Positions 1 to 12,964 of a DNA stretch of 64,000 nt are shown here, piece after piece. Source of the stretch: the human T2T-CHM13v2.0 reference genome, Homo sapiens. The notes below the pieces were generated by a model. It was not told where the DNA came from. It searched no databases and worked only from the letters and a program-made list of their open reading frames with translations. The translations under genes and the position numbers were made by a program. Location of the stretch: NCBI RefSeq assembly GCF_009914755.1, contig NC_060926.1; one strand, 5' to 3'. The stretch's first letter is position 1, and each line of letters starts with the position of its first letter.

Positions 1-2775
1 AAGTGGCGTTTCCAACTTCCTCAATCAAGACTCCATAATTGGTCAAGTCAGGCAACTCTACTAAGGTTGAGTTCAGATCTGGAGTCAACAGAAGACAGAG
101 TGAAGCTCCATTGACTATCATTCCATTTACTAAAATACAAGTGTTATTTTAATTGTGAAACTGCCAGTCGAGTAAGGTGCAAAACAAATCACCGTGAAGT
201 TGAATGCATTTTTTGTGTTCTGCTTGAGCAAAAATAGAACAACAGATGGCCATAAATTTAGGGAAGCTTAATGAATTGGCAAGTTATGACATAAAGTAAG
301 TTGGAATTGGGTAACTTAAATGGCTATTAACAAAGGAGGAAAAATCTTCAAAAATGTTATTTTTTTTTGGAAAATAGAACACATTATAATTTAGATTATC
401 TGTTTTCTTTTATCATTCTTTCATTGATACGTTTAGTTTAAGATCAGTTTCAGATAAGCATACTGCCCCTCAGCTCTACAATTTTACCTTGAAAAGGCAC
501 AACCGTATGTCCTTTGAAGCCAGAATCTTGGAAAGTTCAAGGTTTATAATAAACTTACCACAGACAAGGAGAGCCTCTAGGCAGAGAATATGTTCCCCAG
601 AAAATAGGATTGAGTCATATAAATTCCTACTGAAGTTTGCTCTATATGCTGGAACAATTACAAAGTGTAGGAATTTTATAAGTAAATATGAGGTACATAG
701 AGAAGGTGAGAGAGAATTTTGGGTGAATTTGAGAGATTTGTGGGTAGAAGGAGCTTAATCCCTCTTACCATATTTTTAAAATTTCATTTTCTCACATTAA
801 GAATGTATTTATTGACGGGATTAATCCAATACATACATAGACTGGAAGAATGCCTAATAGTTATTCTATAAAATATTTTTGGCAAGTCACTGTACCTTCC
901 TCCACAACCAACCAACAGCAGGTTTTTCACAGTGAGAATATACAGTATTATATTAATAAAAAATTATCAAAAACTGTTGGGGAATACTGATCTATTCCTG
1001 AAACTATGCCAAATAGATGTTAACCCTTTCAATGCAAAGAATTCACAGGTGAATCAGTAGAGAACATTCTGCTTTTTACATCAGGACTATATGTTAATGC
1101 ATTTATTTTAAGCATAGACACTTTGCATTACTTAGAAATTAGTATGAGTGATTCAAATGCCTGAAAATTTACAAATCATTCTTCAAAATTATTTTTAAAA
1201 TAAAAGCAATTAGGCTGCATCACAAAACAGTTCATGTGGTTCTAAGAGCAGCACAAAAATGTAAGGACTATGAGCTTCGATAAGACAAGAATTACAAATT
1301 GTTTATAGAATACTATAAAACAGAGGTTAGCTTGAATTTGTGAGAGGCAATTCAGTGACATAGCAAGGCTGGAATTCAAGTTATGGAAGGGTAAAGAGAA
1401 AATGCAAGCAAATAATTATGGACAATCAGCTACATTGCTCTTTCAATAAGCTTATCTTTTTTTTAAGAGAATGAGACATAAAAAGAGGGAAGATCATTAG
1501 TAAAATAAGATGTCACTCTATTTTAGATATGCCTAAGATGCCAAGAACACCCTCCTTGGTTGCAACTTGGGGAGGGAGTTTTTTTGCTCTTCATATACAA
1601 CTTTCATTTTTTTCTTGAGGCCTGTATTTACACATATGCCAACTGTGTTAGGTGCAATAATTGTGAGTTTTGGTAACTATCTTCTGTATCACTTCTGAAT
1701 GTAGCCACAGTATTTTATAGAATTTATAAAATTTACATTGGAACTATATGTTAATGCACTTATTTATAAATTTATAAAATACTGTGGTTACATTTTATAA
1801 ATACTGTGGTTACATTCTTTTTATAAATACTGTGGTTACATTCTGAAGTGAAACTGAAGATATCCCAGCTCCAAAAAATGTTCTTGTCAGAATCTTAGAC
1901 ATGTACTTGACTATCCTCTAGAATTTTTAATAAACAAACATCAAAGTGTCATGTATACTCTCAATATTCTTCCCCCTACTAAGATATGGAGCCATTTATA
2001 ATTTGATTTTAAATGCCCAAACCCCAAAACTTTGTACAACACAATAAGGATATTTATCAGATAATGACTTTCTAATTAAGTATATTGGTTAGGAAAAAAA
2101 TTAAAATCTCTAATGAACCTACAAAAATAAAAAGAGTAGTTAAGCATAGCCGGAGAGTTTCCAAAAATCTTTTAACTTCTAAAATTAGAAGAAAATAGAA
2201 TCCTTGCTTTGCTCAACCTACAGCATCAGTTGGATTCAACTGTATGTATTTTTTAAGCCTTATAACAACTTTTTCAATACACATGAGAATGAAAAGAGAT
2301 TTTTAAAAATATTTCTCTCTTTGATGTCTGGTTTAAAAGACAAGAAAATATCAATAAAGTTTAAAAAACTAAGAATTGCTCAAAACTATAAGGATGCTGG
2401 AATACCTAGAAAATATACTAAATAGATTTATTGTATTTAGGCAAAGCTATTTTTAAGAAAAAATTTTAATTTATGTTATTCATTAAAAGATTCAAATAAA
2501 AACATGACCCTACAAATAAGCCATTTAAAATATATGTTTTTGACCTTTCACATTCATGGGTCTCTCTAAAATTAATACTATATAATTTAAGAGTTCCTCA
2601 CCAAACTGTCTTCATGGCTTTGCAATCAGGACCAATAGAGTTGTGTTCTATTCTTGTCTGTCATCTGTTAATTTGTGTTCTAATTGGAAGTCAGTAATTT
2701 TTCTCTGAAACTCAGTGTTCTCATTTGAAAAATGGGAAGATAACATGTTTCCTTGAAAAAATTGTTGTGAGAATT

Positions 2776-3158
2776 TGTCTTAGACTGCCTAGGCTGCCGT
2801 AAGAAAATACCACAAACTGGGTGTCTTAAATCACAGAAATTTATTTTCTCACAATTCTGAAGGCTTAAGTCTGAGATCAAAGTGTCAGCTTGGATCAGTT
2901 TTTAATAAGGTCTCTCTTCCTGGCTTTCAGTGGTTGCCTTCTTGCTGTGTCCTCACATGGCCTTTCCTCTGTGTGCATGCACTTCCGGTGTCTCTTCCCG
3001 TTCTTACAAAGAAACCAGTCCTGTTGAATTAGGGCCCGATTTTGATGACCTCATTTATTCTCAGTTATCTCCTTAAAGGCACTCTTTCCAAGAACAGTCA
3101 TATTGAGGGGTAGGGCTTCAACCTATGGATTCTAGGGCACACAATTTGGTCCACAACA
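2776..3158 (-). mobile_element. MLT1A-type MaLR solo LTR
   Basis: TGTCTTAG...GCTGCC.TAA.AAAATACCACA.ACTGGGTG.CTTAAA start and ...CCACAACA end, typical of MLT1A. Confidence 0.8.
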
Positions 3159-3160
3159 GT

Positions 3161-3250
3161 TACTGAATCAGAATCTCTGATAATGGAACTTGGAAATCTA
3201 CATTTTCAAAAACATCCTGAGAAATTCTTAGGCACACTGAAGTTTGAGAT
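3161..3250. mobile_element. MER5-type hAT fragment
   Basis: TACTGAATCAGAATCTCTG...AAGTTTGAGA. Confidence 0.6.
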
Positions 3251-3409
3251 AGAAACTCTACAATTTATAAATGGATTTTGGGGACATATGATTTATATTT
3301 TAATGGGCAAAGAAAGTGATGACTTTCTTTCTTTCCCCTGTCCTTTATGGAGTAGCTCCAGTTACCAACAGGAAGAAATATGGTATCATAGAAAAAGTTC
3401 AAGATTTTC

Positions 3410-3713
3410 CGCCGGGTGTGGTGGCTCACGCCTGTAATCCCAGCACTTTGGGAGACCGAGGTGGGTGGATCACTTGAGATCAGGAGTTTGAGACCAGCCT
3501 AGCCAACATGGTGAAGCCCCATCTCTACTGAAAATACAAAAATTAGCTGGGCCTGGTGGCAGGCACCTGTAAACCCAGCTACAGCGGAGGCTGAGGCATA
3601 AGAATCGCTTGAACCTGGAAGGCAGAGGTTTTAGTGAGCTGAGGTCACGCCACTGCACTCTAGCCTGAGTGACAGAATGAGACTCTGTAAAAAAAAAAAA
3701 AAAAAAAAAAAAA
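3410..3713 (+). mobile_element. AluS (Sx/Sz-like)
   Basis: Dimeric Alu with poly(A); TSD AAAAAGTTCAAGA / AAAAAGCTCAAGA. Confidence 0.92.
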
Positions 3714-3730
3714 GCTCAAGAGTTTGAAGA

Positions 3731-4303
3731 TGTAGGGGGTTCTATCAGAGAAAAATTGCACTCGACAAGTTGAACAGGCAAGAAAGGATTTATTTAAGAC
3801 ATCACTTTAGGGAAGAGAGATTGAAAGCATCTCTGCTGAAACAAAAGTTGGTAGAGTTTTATAGTGGGGTGAACTGGTGGAAAAGTACTGGAGGACATTA
3901 GTGGGGAGGTGGTCAGTGTGACTAGGCCATCTGTGTTTACTAATTGACACTTACTGAAGTTGGGCTCTTACCTTCCCATAGAGACTGGGAGATGGGAATG
4001 CTATCTTTCTTGATTTTTTTAAAAAATATTTTAATATGACTACATAATAGTTGTATGTTATTTATGGGATACATGTGATGTTTTGACACAAGCCTGCAGT
4101 GTGTAATGACTGCATCAGGGTAGGTCCTTGAGAAAACTTTTCTGGGTTATAAAATTGGCAAGAAGCTGGGAGAAGATTCAGAGAGTCAAAAAATTTGCAA
4201 TCGAAAGTTTTCTAAAGTAGATATTCTAAGGGAGTCAGGGGTCAATAGTAAGAAGTCTGTAAAGTATAGTCAAGCTGCAGAAAATATTAAGGCATTCTTA
4301 GCC
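3731..4303 (-). mobile_element. ERV1-class LTR (MER67/MER31-like) interrupted by a short L1MA 3' end (~4013-4122)
   Basis: AAAAATTGCACT.GACAAGTT.AACAGGCAAG and GTGGAAAAGTACTGGAGGAC motifs; the insert reads like an L1MA/PB 3' terminus. Confidence 0.6.
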
Positions 4304-4989
4304 ATTTTGAATACTATCTCTGTCACTAATCCTGTGAACTTGAACGGGTCATTTTCCCTTTATGACCTGGACAATGTGAGATTTTGATTCAGGGCTTCCA
4401 TTAAAATCACTAATGCTAAAATTCTGTTTCAAAGGCTGTTACTCAGCCATTAGTCACCGTGATTGCCTTACTGATTTTTAAAATATCAAAAATAATTTTG
4501 AAATTCTTTGTAAATGTCCTCCTTGTGACTCCGAAACTTTCCCAAGATATAGTCAATGCTTCCAGGATGCTGCTTTAATACTAGGATTATGTCCATCTGA
4601 TACTAGTTGTTAAATATTCAGAATATCACTCTGGGCTATTGCAATCTACTTAACAGTTAGTTAGAAAGCAATCCTAGTAAAAACATGGCATTAGCAATAA
4701 AGACTTCAATAGGACTTCAATATATCTTATTTTCCTAAGAATCTGTACTTGCCACTGCAATTGCTGTATACTCCCAAACAATCTGGTATCAAATGTTTAT
4801 TTTCCAAATTTTTTTAAAACCTTTTCCCTTATGTTCAGTTAAAGTCAATTGATTTTGGCCCCATGTAAAATATGCAGGAGATCACAAATGAATCAAAATA
4901 TTAACTGTCTTTTAACATTTCTCAGTCTATTAAAGGAATAGAAATAAGCAATTTATAAAGTGCTGAGAGAATACATGACTAATTCTGGT

Positions 4990-5270
4990 TGTTGATGGTG
5001 AACAGGTTAGAACTATGATGACTAGAAGAATTAAAAGCATTTATATTAGGGTACATTTGTGGATGGTTTGCTTGAATAGAAAAAGAAAATTTAAGAGACC
5101 CATTAGAATTTTATTCAAATATTTAAAGATTGTTTGTTCATGTGGAAGAAGGATTAGACTTGTTTTATATGGCCTCAAGGCTTAGAACAGGCTCAAAGGG
5201 AAAATTACAGAGATATTTTGGGTTTAATGCAAGAAATATAATTTTTCAAATGAGAGCTTATTCAAAACCC
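4990..5270 (+). mobile_element. L3/CR1 LINE 3' fragment
   Basis: TTCAAATATTTAAAG...TCATGTGGAAGAAGGATTAGACTTGTT resembles the L3 3' consensus. Confidence 0.6.
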
Positions 5271-6899
5271 TTGCTTTGGACTTCCACAACTCCTCTGCCA
5301 AGCCTTTCAACAATGAATTATAGTCAGAAATTAATTCACTGGAATGTCACACCAAAATATAAGGTCCTGGGGAATAAAAGACTGCATGGGATTTAATTCA
5401 ATAACTAGTGACTTTTTTCCCAGTTGATTTTGGATCTCATGTGTGTCAAGTTGATGAATTAATAAATACAAGTGAGTCTCTTACAATAATGTGCCAACCC
5501 AGTCTGGAGGGCCCATCCACATGTGTATTGTAGGAGAAGTCTAAGCATCTAATAATTGTTGAGACTAGATGATTTAGCACAGCCCAACAGAAATAAGTGT
5601 TGTTAAGACGCAATTCCCTAAAAGGTCCTGGTTGACATTCAGTGCATTAGAATCTGAACTTCAGCAACCAGGTAGGTTTACCCAGATCAGATATGTATAA
5701 CAACACCTGGAGAAAGTTTTTAATTTAAGTCCTAATAAAGATACCAAAGCCTAGCTGAGAATGAATAAACAAATATTCAAGAACAACTACTTGCTATGGA
5801 TTTATTATGTAGTCAAATATAAATACTATAGTTAGGCTCCAGTATAAACTTGCTGTCTGTGTCTTCATGGGAATGGGCAAAATATCTCACCCCCATCAAA
5901 TTGAATGGTTGGTGCACTTCTTTATTCTTTAGAGTGGGCCTAGTGCAACTTCTCAAGCCTACTCAGGTGGCAACTAAAAATTAGAGTTGGCACATGAGAT
6001 GAAAATTATTTTCAAGCTCTTGTCTAAGGAAATACTTTATTGTTGATATAGTGTCTACTACCCTTTCTTTGAAATCTCACTATCTTCATCTGTCTCCCAC
6101 TGTTACAAGCTTCTAGGATGGGATGATAATGTACTGAAATCAGGTTATTTATCATTATTTCCAAATACTTTGAATATCTGCTAAAGGGATTCCTCAAAAT
6201 TCACTTTAAAATCAATTATTATTTTTACTAAGTGGTTTATTATTTTAATGCACACACAGATTTCTGGTTTTCTGCTTAGGAACTATACCAATGTTTCTTA
6301 AAAATGTCACTCTCTTATTTGTCCATGCTGTTTTCATTTTGTTAAACGAGTCATTTTGTTAAATGAGTCTTTGGAGATGAGAGGGATACATTAACCTTTT
6401 CTTGTGGGAAAAACATTTGGACTCAGAAGTAAAAATGGATCCCTCACTGGTCAGAAGCATTGACTCAAAGGCATGCCTCATTTCATGCCATTCATCTTCA
6501 CTCTCCTGGGCCTCCAAACCCCAAATGTGCCAACAGTAGTCCCATCGCAACATTATGTGGGCATTACAGTTCTACACATCCTTTTCTGTTGGGGATCTTG
6601 CTTTTTTAAAAAAACAGAAGTAGCAAAATGATGCTGATTCTTACTTGGTTTCTCATAATTACCGATAATATTTTGTTTAAAATAGTGAGAATCAGCCCTG
6701 CCACAACTTGGTCTTGAATGCTCTCATCTTTATATCTAACCAGTCACCTTACATGTTCAATATTCCAGCTGAGTATCACTTCCAGATATGTTCAGCATAG
6801 TTATTCAATAGGAGTACTTAATAAAGACAAAATGTCACCCAAACTGTATTTTCTCTCTGTGTTATGTGGAATTTGCCTGACTTTGGTCAGGATATATTT

Positions 6900-7120
6900 T
6901 GTCTATCCAGTTCTCTGTGTCTACTGTTTTTGTCACTCTGTCATGGAAGGAAATTAAGTTGATTTGACAGGATTTATTTTTCACAGTGCCAAGGAGATTT
7001 TACCCAGTAACTCATGATTTTCTAGGTGCTTGAAAATTGATTTTTTGATGATATGTTTCAGTAAGTTTTCAACTAAATACTGATGCTGACAGGTCTGTAA
7101 TTTCTAAAGTTATCTGTTTT
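6900..7120 (-). mobile_element. L3/CR1 RT fragment
   Basis: Minus strand encodes NYRPVS followed by decayed CR1 RT-like sequence. Confidence 0.55.
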
Positions 7121-7839
7121 TTAATCTTCCCAGAGTAGAAACAAGAAACACACCAAGATAAGTACTGCATTTAGTCTTTTTAATATAGCAGAATGTCTAA
7201 GTCCTTTTTAAGTTCATAGATGTTGAGCTAATTGTTCTTTATTGACTTTGGCAAACTCTTGGAAAAATAATTAAGTCACCAGAATTTGCAGTTCAAAATG
7301 TGACCAGTTTATAACATTAGCCTTGTAGTCGAACCTTTATATCACACCCTGTATCGTCTCCAAATACCATATCATAACTGCCCTATATTTTAAGCTTTCA
7401 AACAAGATTTCTGAAACCTACAGTTTGAATACTGGCTAAGCACTGCAGTTATTTATATAATTTATGGTCATTTTTATATATGAAAATTCATTGATTAAAG
7501 TTGTAAGATTTAATTTATTATATTAAAATGCATTTCTGCTATTGAATTCCTTTATGCAAAAAAATCAACATTGTCTTTAGTAGTATATCACTGAACCCCT
7601 TATATATAAAAACCCCAGTTTGGAACAAAGAGCTATTAGATGACCAAATAAGAATCAAATTAGACTCTGCAATTAGAGTCTGCGAAGAGAAAGACTTTAC
7701 TTATTTGAAATAGTATATAGCTTACTATATGTAAAATAAAATAAAATTATCTCAGAAGCTGTGGTCTCCTATAATTTGTAGAAGATGATAACTGATATCG
7801 CTAAGCACTTTTTGGTTGCAAATAACTATACTTAAATAC

Positions 7840-8095
7840 TGCTAATAAAAGCTGACATCCGCTGATCACTTGCTTCATACCAAGCACTATCCTAAGTTCT
7901 TTATGAGCGTGATTTCATTTATTTTGTTCATCTCACAACAGTATAGTTAGAACATACTATTATCATCCCAATTTTCAAGTGAGGAAACTAATGTTTGGAT
8001 ATATTAAATAATGCATCTAATGTCATATACTAGTGTTTGAGTAGGAATTTGAAGCCATTTGGTTTGAATCTGGACTCTATGTTCATGATCATTAT
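7840..8095 (-). mobile_element. MIR
   Basis: ACTATTATCATCCCAATTTTCAAGTGAGGAAACT core. Confidence 0.7.
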
Positions 8096-8199
8096 CCAAA
8101 ATTCTCAGGTGTCCCAACCCCTCACAAATGACTTTGAATTAAATATTAGGTTTATTTTTATATGTATGGAACCTGACGCACAGTGATAATTAAAGTGTA

Positions 8200-8440
8200 G
8201 CTCAGCCATAGAGTGAGCCATTGGTCACTATGGGTCTTTGGGTTAAAACATACCTTTAAGAATATGTAGGAAAAAAATGATAATAGCTAACTCAGCAGCA
8301 TTCATTAATTCATCTGCAGCAGATTAACTTGTTCCAAAATAATGAGATAATCTGATTCTGATGGAACATGGAGCAGACAAATTCTTCTAGAACCCGACCT
8401 GTTTCTATGTGGGTGTATCCAGGAAGTCAGGATTATTTGG
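8200..8440 (+). promoter_or_regulatory. Putative XIRP2 proximal promoter (CpG-poor, no clear TATA)
   Basis: Repeat-free sequence upstream of the inferred exon 1, with E-box CATCTG (8311) and ETS-like CAGGAAGT (8420-8427). Mostly inferred from position. Confidence 0.35.
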
Positions 8441-8509
8441 AGAAATCTGGCAGGTCTCTAGGCAGACAAAAGGGAACATCTGGTAGGGACTGGGACATGT
8501 AGAAAAAAG
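8439..8509 (+). other. XIRP2: Probable XIRP2 non-coding exon 1 (5' end approximate)
   Basis: Strong donor AAG|GTAAGA at 8509/8510 in unique sequence about 14.9 kb upstream of the coding exon, consistent with my recollection of a short first exon and ~15-kb intron 1. The TSS cannot be read from sequence. Confidence 0.6.
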
Positions 8510-8937
8510 GTAAGATTTTCCTAAGAAAAACCACTTCTTTCATAATTTTTTCTACACATACATGCTTCTCTTTGATAGTTTCTGACAGGACACTATTTTG
8601 CCTCTCTCTCCCTATTTCTTTTAAGTAATATACATTAAATTAGCATAGAATCACAGCATCATCAACAAATTCAGGCTAGCGCTTAGTGACAGACACTGCT
8701 GCTAGAATCTCTAGTTATTCATTTGTTTTTCTAACTAAGAAACAATTTAATCTGGGGCAGCAATGTGCCCAGAGAAAAAATAGTTAATCTCTCAGACTCA
8801 AAACACGTAAGTTTGGCTATATATTATATTTTTGGACACTGAAAGATAGTCAGGGACTTCTGGGGAAGAAATTTAACAAAAACAGCATCACCCAAAGAAA
8901 GCATCTGGGCAATTCTCCTTTCTTCCTTCGTTCCATT

Positions 8938-9838
8938 GAGTCAGGTCAGAGAGGACTCGCCAGGGACAAAGCCATGACCCTCAGGGACCCAAGGGCATGA
9001 GCCTGCAGCTGACAGCCCCATTCTGAATAAGCATTCAGGCACACAGACCAGGGTGGTTGTTGCAAACCCCTCAGCAGCTGCCTCCTGGCACAACCACCCA
9101 CTAACATGTGATCTAGCAGACAAATGGAAGCTCTTCTTACCCCACTTCTTAGGCACTCCAACAAGGGTTCTGAATTCTAAAAACAGCAAAAAACATTCAA
9201 ATTGTTACATATGAAATGCTTTCCTGCACCTTTCTGTCTCAGAGATGACAGCTGTCCCTCCTCCACTCTCTCCCCACTCGCCCCCAGACACCTCCCTAAA
9301 CAATTTCTGTGCCAAGATGAAGAGGATGTCCCAGGCCATGGGGCTTCTGGCCTTGAAGGGCTGCTGCAGTGGAGCCAGGGCACAGGGTAGGTGAGACACA
9401 GCAGAGGTTCTGGCCCAGGTCCCTGGCCTCTCCTCCTGCAGGTGGCGTTTATTTATTCAAGGGGAGCAACCATGTTCATTTTCCCAACAATGTGGCACCA
9501 TATTTTGCTTTCCTCTCCACTTCCTTCTTCCTTGCAGCCTTCTCCCACTGTTTCCAGATGATCACCAGCCAGGCAAGGCCCACCTTGGCTTGCTCTGTCT
9601 CTCCTGCTAGTGCATTTTCTCCTTAAAAGCTCCTTTAGCCTGTCCAGATCCACTTGTTTGACCTTTCTGGTTGTCTATCCTACCTGCTTGGGGTTCTTGA
9701 TGTTGATGAGTCCTTCCATGCCTTTGTGCTTTTGCTGGTAGTCATTTTCTTCATTTTCATTCTCTCATAAGTCTAGATTTCTTCCCCTTTTTGGGGTAAG
9801 CCCCATCTCCACCTTCTTCTCCTTGTTATTCTTCTCCA
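8938..9838 (-). pseudogene. Processed PDAP1 pseudogene (5'-truncated; CDS part plus ~500 nt of 3'UTR)
   Basis: Minus strand reads [60 protein letters not shown] / [54 protein letters not shown], versus PDAP1 [47 protein letters not shown]...[28 protein letters not shown]. Intronless, with stops and frameshifts; terminal TAA at 9449-9451. Confidence 0.9.
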
Positions 9839-9933
9839 TAGCAAGCAATCCTCAAGCAGGTATTGAATTAATGAATGGTGTTGTGTCTTCTCCAGTTCAT
9901 TAATATTTCTGTTGATGTAGCTAAGTTTTATTT

Positions 9934-10244
<311 letters not shown>

Positions 10245-10284
10245 CCTAAGTTTTATTTTTTAACTGTGGGTTCATAGGCTTCGG

Positions 10285-10442
10285 GCATCAGAATCACCTC
10301 TTGGTGCTTTCTAAGAAGGCCAGTTCCCAGTTCAAATTCCAGACCTTGAAACTAGCTGAAACTCCCCGAGTGGGCCCTTAAGAATCTGCAGTGCTAAGGA
10401 CATCTCAGATGATGTTGGTGCACAGAAAAGGTGAGAACCAGA
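10285..10442. mobile_element. MER5-type hAT fragment
   Basis: GCATCAGAATCACCT...AGAATCTGCA...TGAGAACCA. Confidence 0.5.
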
Positions 10443-12760
10443 GCATCTGAACAGACTGTAAATCCCTGAAGTCTGGATTTATGTTTTATAATTCTTTGAC
10501 AGCTCTCAATAGTAAACTCTAAAAGTTTGTTTTTATTTTTATTATTCACACTGAGATTCATATTTGAAATTTCATGAGAGCAAATTTTGCATGCTTCTTT
10601 TATTACAGATGTATTCTGTATGTGGGTGTAGCAGAAGCTGATATGACAGATCATCAGCTTTGTCCTAAATAACAGGTATTGTCTGGTACGCAGCCTGCTT
10701 GGGATAATCCATGAAATATTTAACAAATTTCTTCTTTTGTTAAATACTAATTACCCATATCCTCCAGACAGTTTTCTGGGACTCTGAGATGGGTCCTTTT
10801 ACTAAGGATGAGTTTATTTTTCTATAGAATTTGGAAACAAAAGCTGCTTCAATCAGCCTTTAACGAGTAAACTTGTAAGCTGAGTACCTAGCACAAACAG
10901 GGGTTATGGTTGAGGGTGCACTTCTCTCTTCCATGACTTACTAAATAATGCAGCTCCCAGAGCTGGCTATGAGAGATTTGGTGTCTTGTAGCTGCTATCT
11001 GGCGACGTATGTCCATCATGCTTGATGTTCATTAGTTAGATGAGATCAGTAAGTTAAAGAACTGTTAAATTTGTGTTTTCCTTTAATGGATACGTGACTG
11101 TGGTAGCTGAGTCACAGGACAGAAATTTGACAGAAAAAGACATGGCGGTAAGATAAGCTTATTGCAAATATACAACTTCATAAATTCTTCTAATAACTTG
11201 TCTTAGCAAGGTGCCTTAGCTGGTTCACTTAATAAATGTGAATGTGGAGATAAAAGAAAGAAAAATAAACAAATGCATTGTTCCTATCTCTTTTTTACAT
11301 ATATGAATTATGCATGCATCCTATTAGTGGGAAATTAAGTAATGTACTATGTTAGCTACATTTTTGGCAGAAAAATTAATTGTTCTGATAAACCTAGCAT
11401 AGCTGGAGAAGTTAATGTAATTGACAATATATAATAATAAAGCTTTAGTTAAGTTTTTTCCTTAATATTGAAAATGCCATTTCTTTGAATCTCTTAACTA
11501 ATTTCTTTCACATTCTTATCAGATAGATATTGAGCAACTATCTGCCAAAACTAATTAAAATTTCCCTCCCAGAAAAGATCAATTACTTGCTTTATTTGGA
11601 AAAACACTTTCAGTTGTTGTCTTTTGATTTTTTTTCTCTGAAAAAAAAATTGTTGTCTGATAATCTTTCTTAATCACAACAAAAATTCTGAAAGCTTGGT
11701 AACAGAAAATGTAACCAAAGCATGAAAATAAGTTAAATTACACTAATATTAGCATTATAAACATAATCCTTGGGATTCTTACCCTTGTCAGAAGGTGCTA
11801 GTTTGACATATTTACCTAACCTTAACTTGCTTTCTACAGTTGCAAGACTGAGGATTTCCTTGGCAGAGAATCTGGCTTAGTGACAACATAAATTTGGCAG
11901 GTTCTTGGAAACCTTTTGTTTTGTAGTTTGAACCTTCAGCTTGCCGATGCTGATATGCCTCACAATCTTCGTCTGTTCTGTCATCTTATTGGGATCATTA
12001 ACTACTATTTTGAAGGATGCTAGAATTATATTGCAAAATATTTTCCCCCTTCAGACACATGTTGTAGTTTCCAAAGATGAGAAACCCACTAGAAAAATTT
12101 CTATCCAACAATACCTTTTTATTCCATTCTGATGTTTTTTATTCTCAAATTGGCACAGGCTTCATTCTGATTAACAAAAATATTTTAGAATTCTAGTTGG
12201 TATTGTACTTGTTGAATTATACCTGAAAAAAATATTTAAAGTCATGTTTAAAGGGCCTCAGAAAATGCTGTGATCTCCAAAGCACACTGGGCCGGAGTAT
12301 GGTGGGTGTTGGGAAACAGAGCAGGTAGAAATCACAGAAACAATGGGAATGAAAAGAGACATGTGTTGATCTTTCATGAAAAAAGTCAATTGCTTTGTGA
12401 CTGAAATTATTCTGTGAAACAGCTCTGGCATGCAATCCAGACCCTTTGCAGCCTGCTGTGTTTTCAGAATTTCAAAGCCAACTTTAAAAATTATTGCATA
12501 GAGTAAAACAAGGTTAAACACCCTCCTGCAGAGCTTCACCTGCCTGCATCTGAGGAGAGGCTTCCTGTGAATTTCAGTAAAAGGCCTTCCATCCAGGTCC
12601 CCACAGCAAATATGTTGAGGCTTCTCAGGTTCCCAGAGCTGAAGTTTGTGTTCTTTTCTGAAATAACCTTTGATGGGTTACTTGACATAGAATGCTACAA
12701 TTTTGGAGCAATGAAAAATGACATCACTTGCAGTCAGCCTCAGAGATCATTTCATAGAAG

Positions 12761-12932
12761 ATATATATATATATATATATATAACTTCTATGATATGTTA
12801 TAATATATGTTTTATATATATATGTATGTGTGTATATATGTATATATGTGTATATATGTATATTTATGTGTATATATGTATATATGTGTATATGTGTATA
12901 TTTATGTGTGTGTATATACATATATATATATG

Positions 12933-12964
<32 letters not shown>
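12761..12964. repeat. Compound (TA)n/(TATG)n/(CA)n microsatellite
   Basis: Directly visible. Confidence 0.95.

Noticed and set aside
1771-1842. Three 23-nt direct repeats as a CRISPR-like array
   Set aside because: No spacers and no cas genes, in eukaryotic DNA; a simple tandem triplication.
2447-2456. MEF2 consensus CTATTTTTAA
   Set aside because: An isolated match expected by chance in very AT-rich DNA.
8941-9653. Cluster of short overlapping ORFs as a novel small gene
   Set aside because: Explained by the GC-richer PDAP1 retrocopy; the frames are broken or off-frame.
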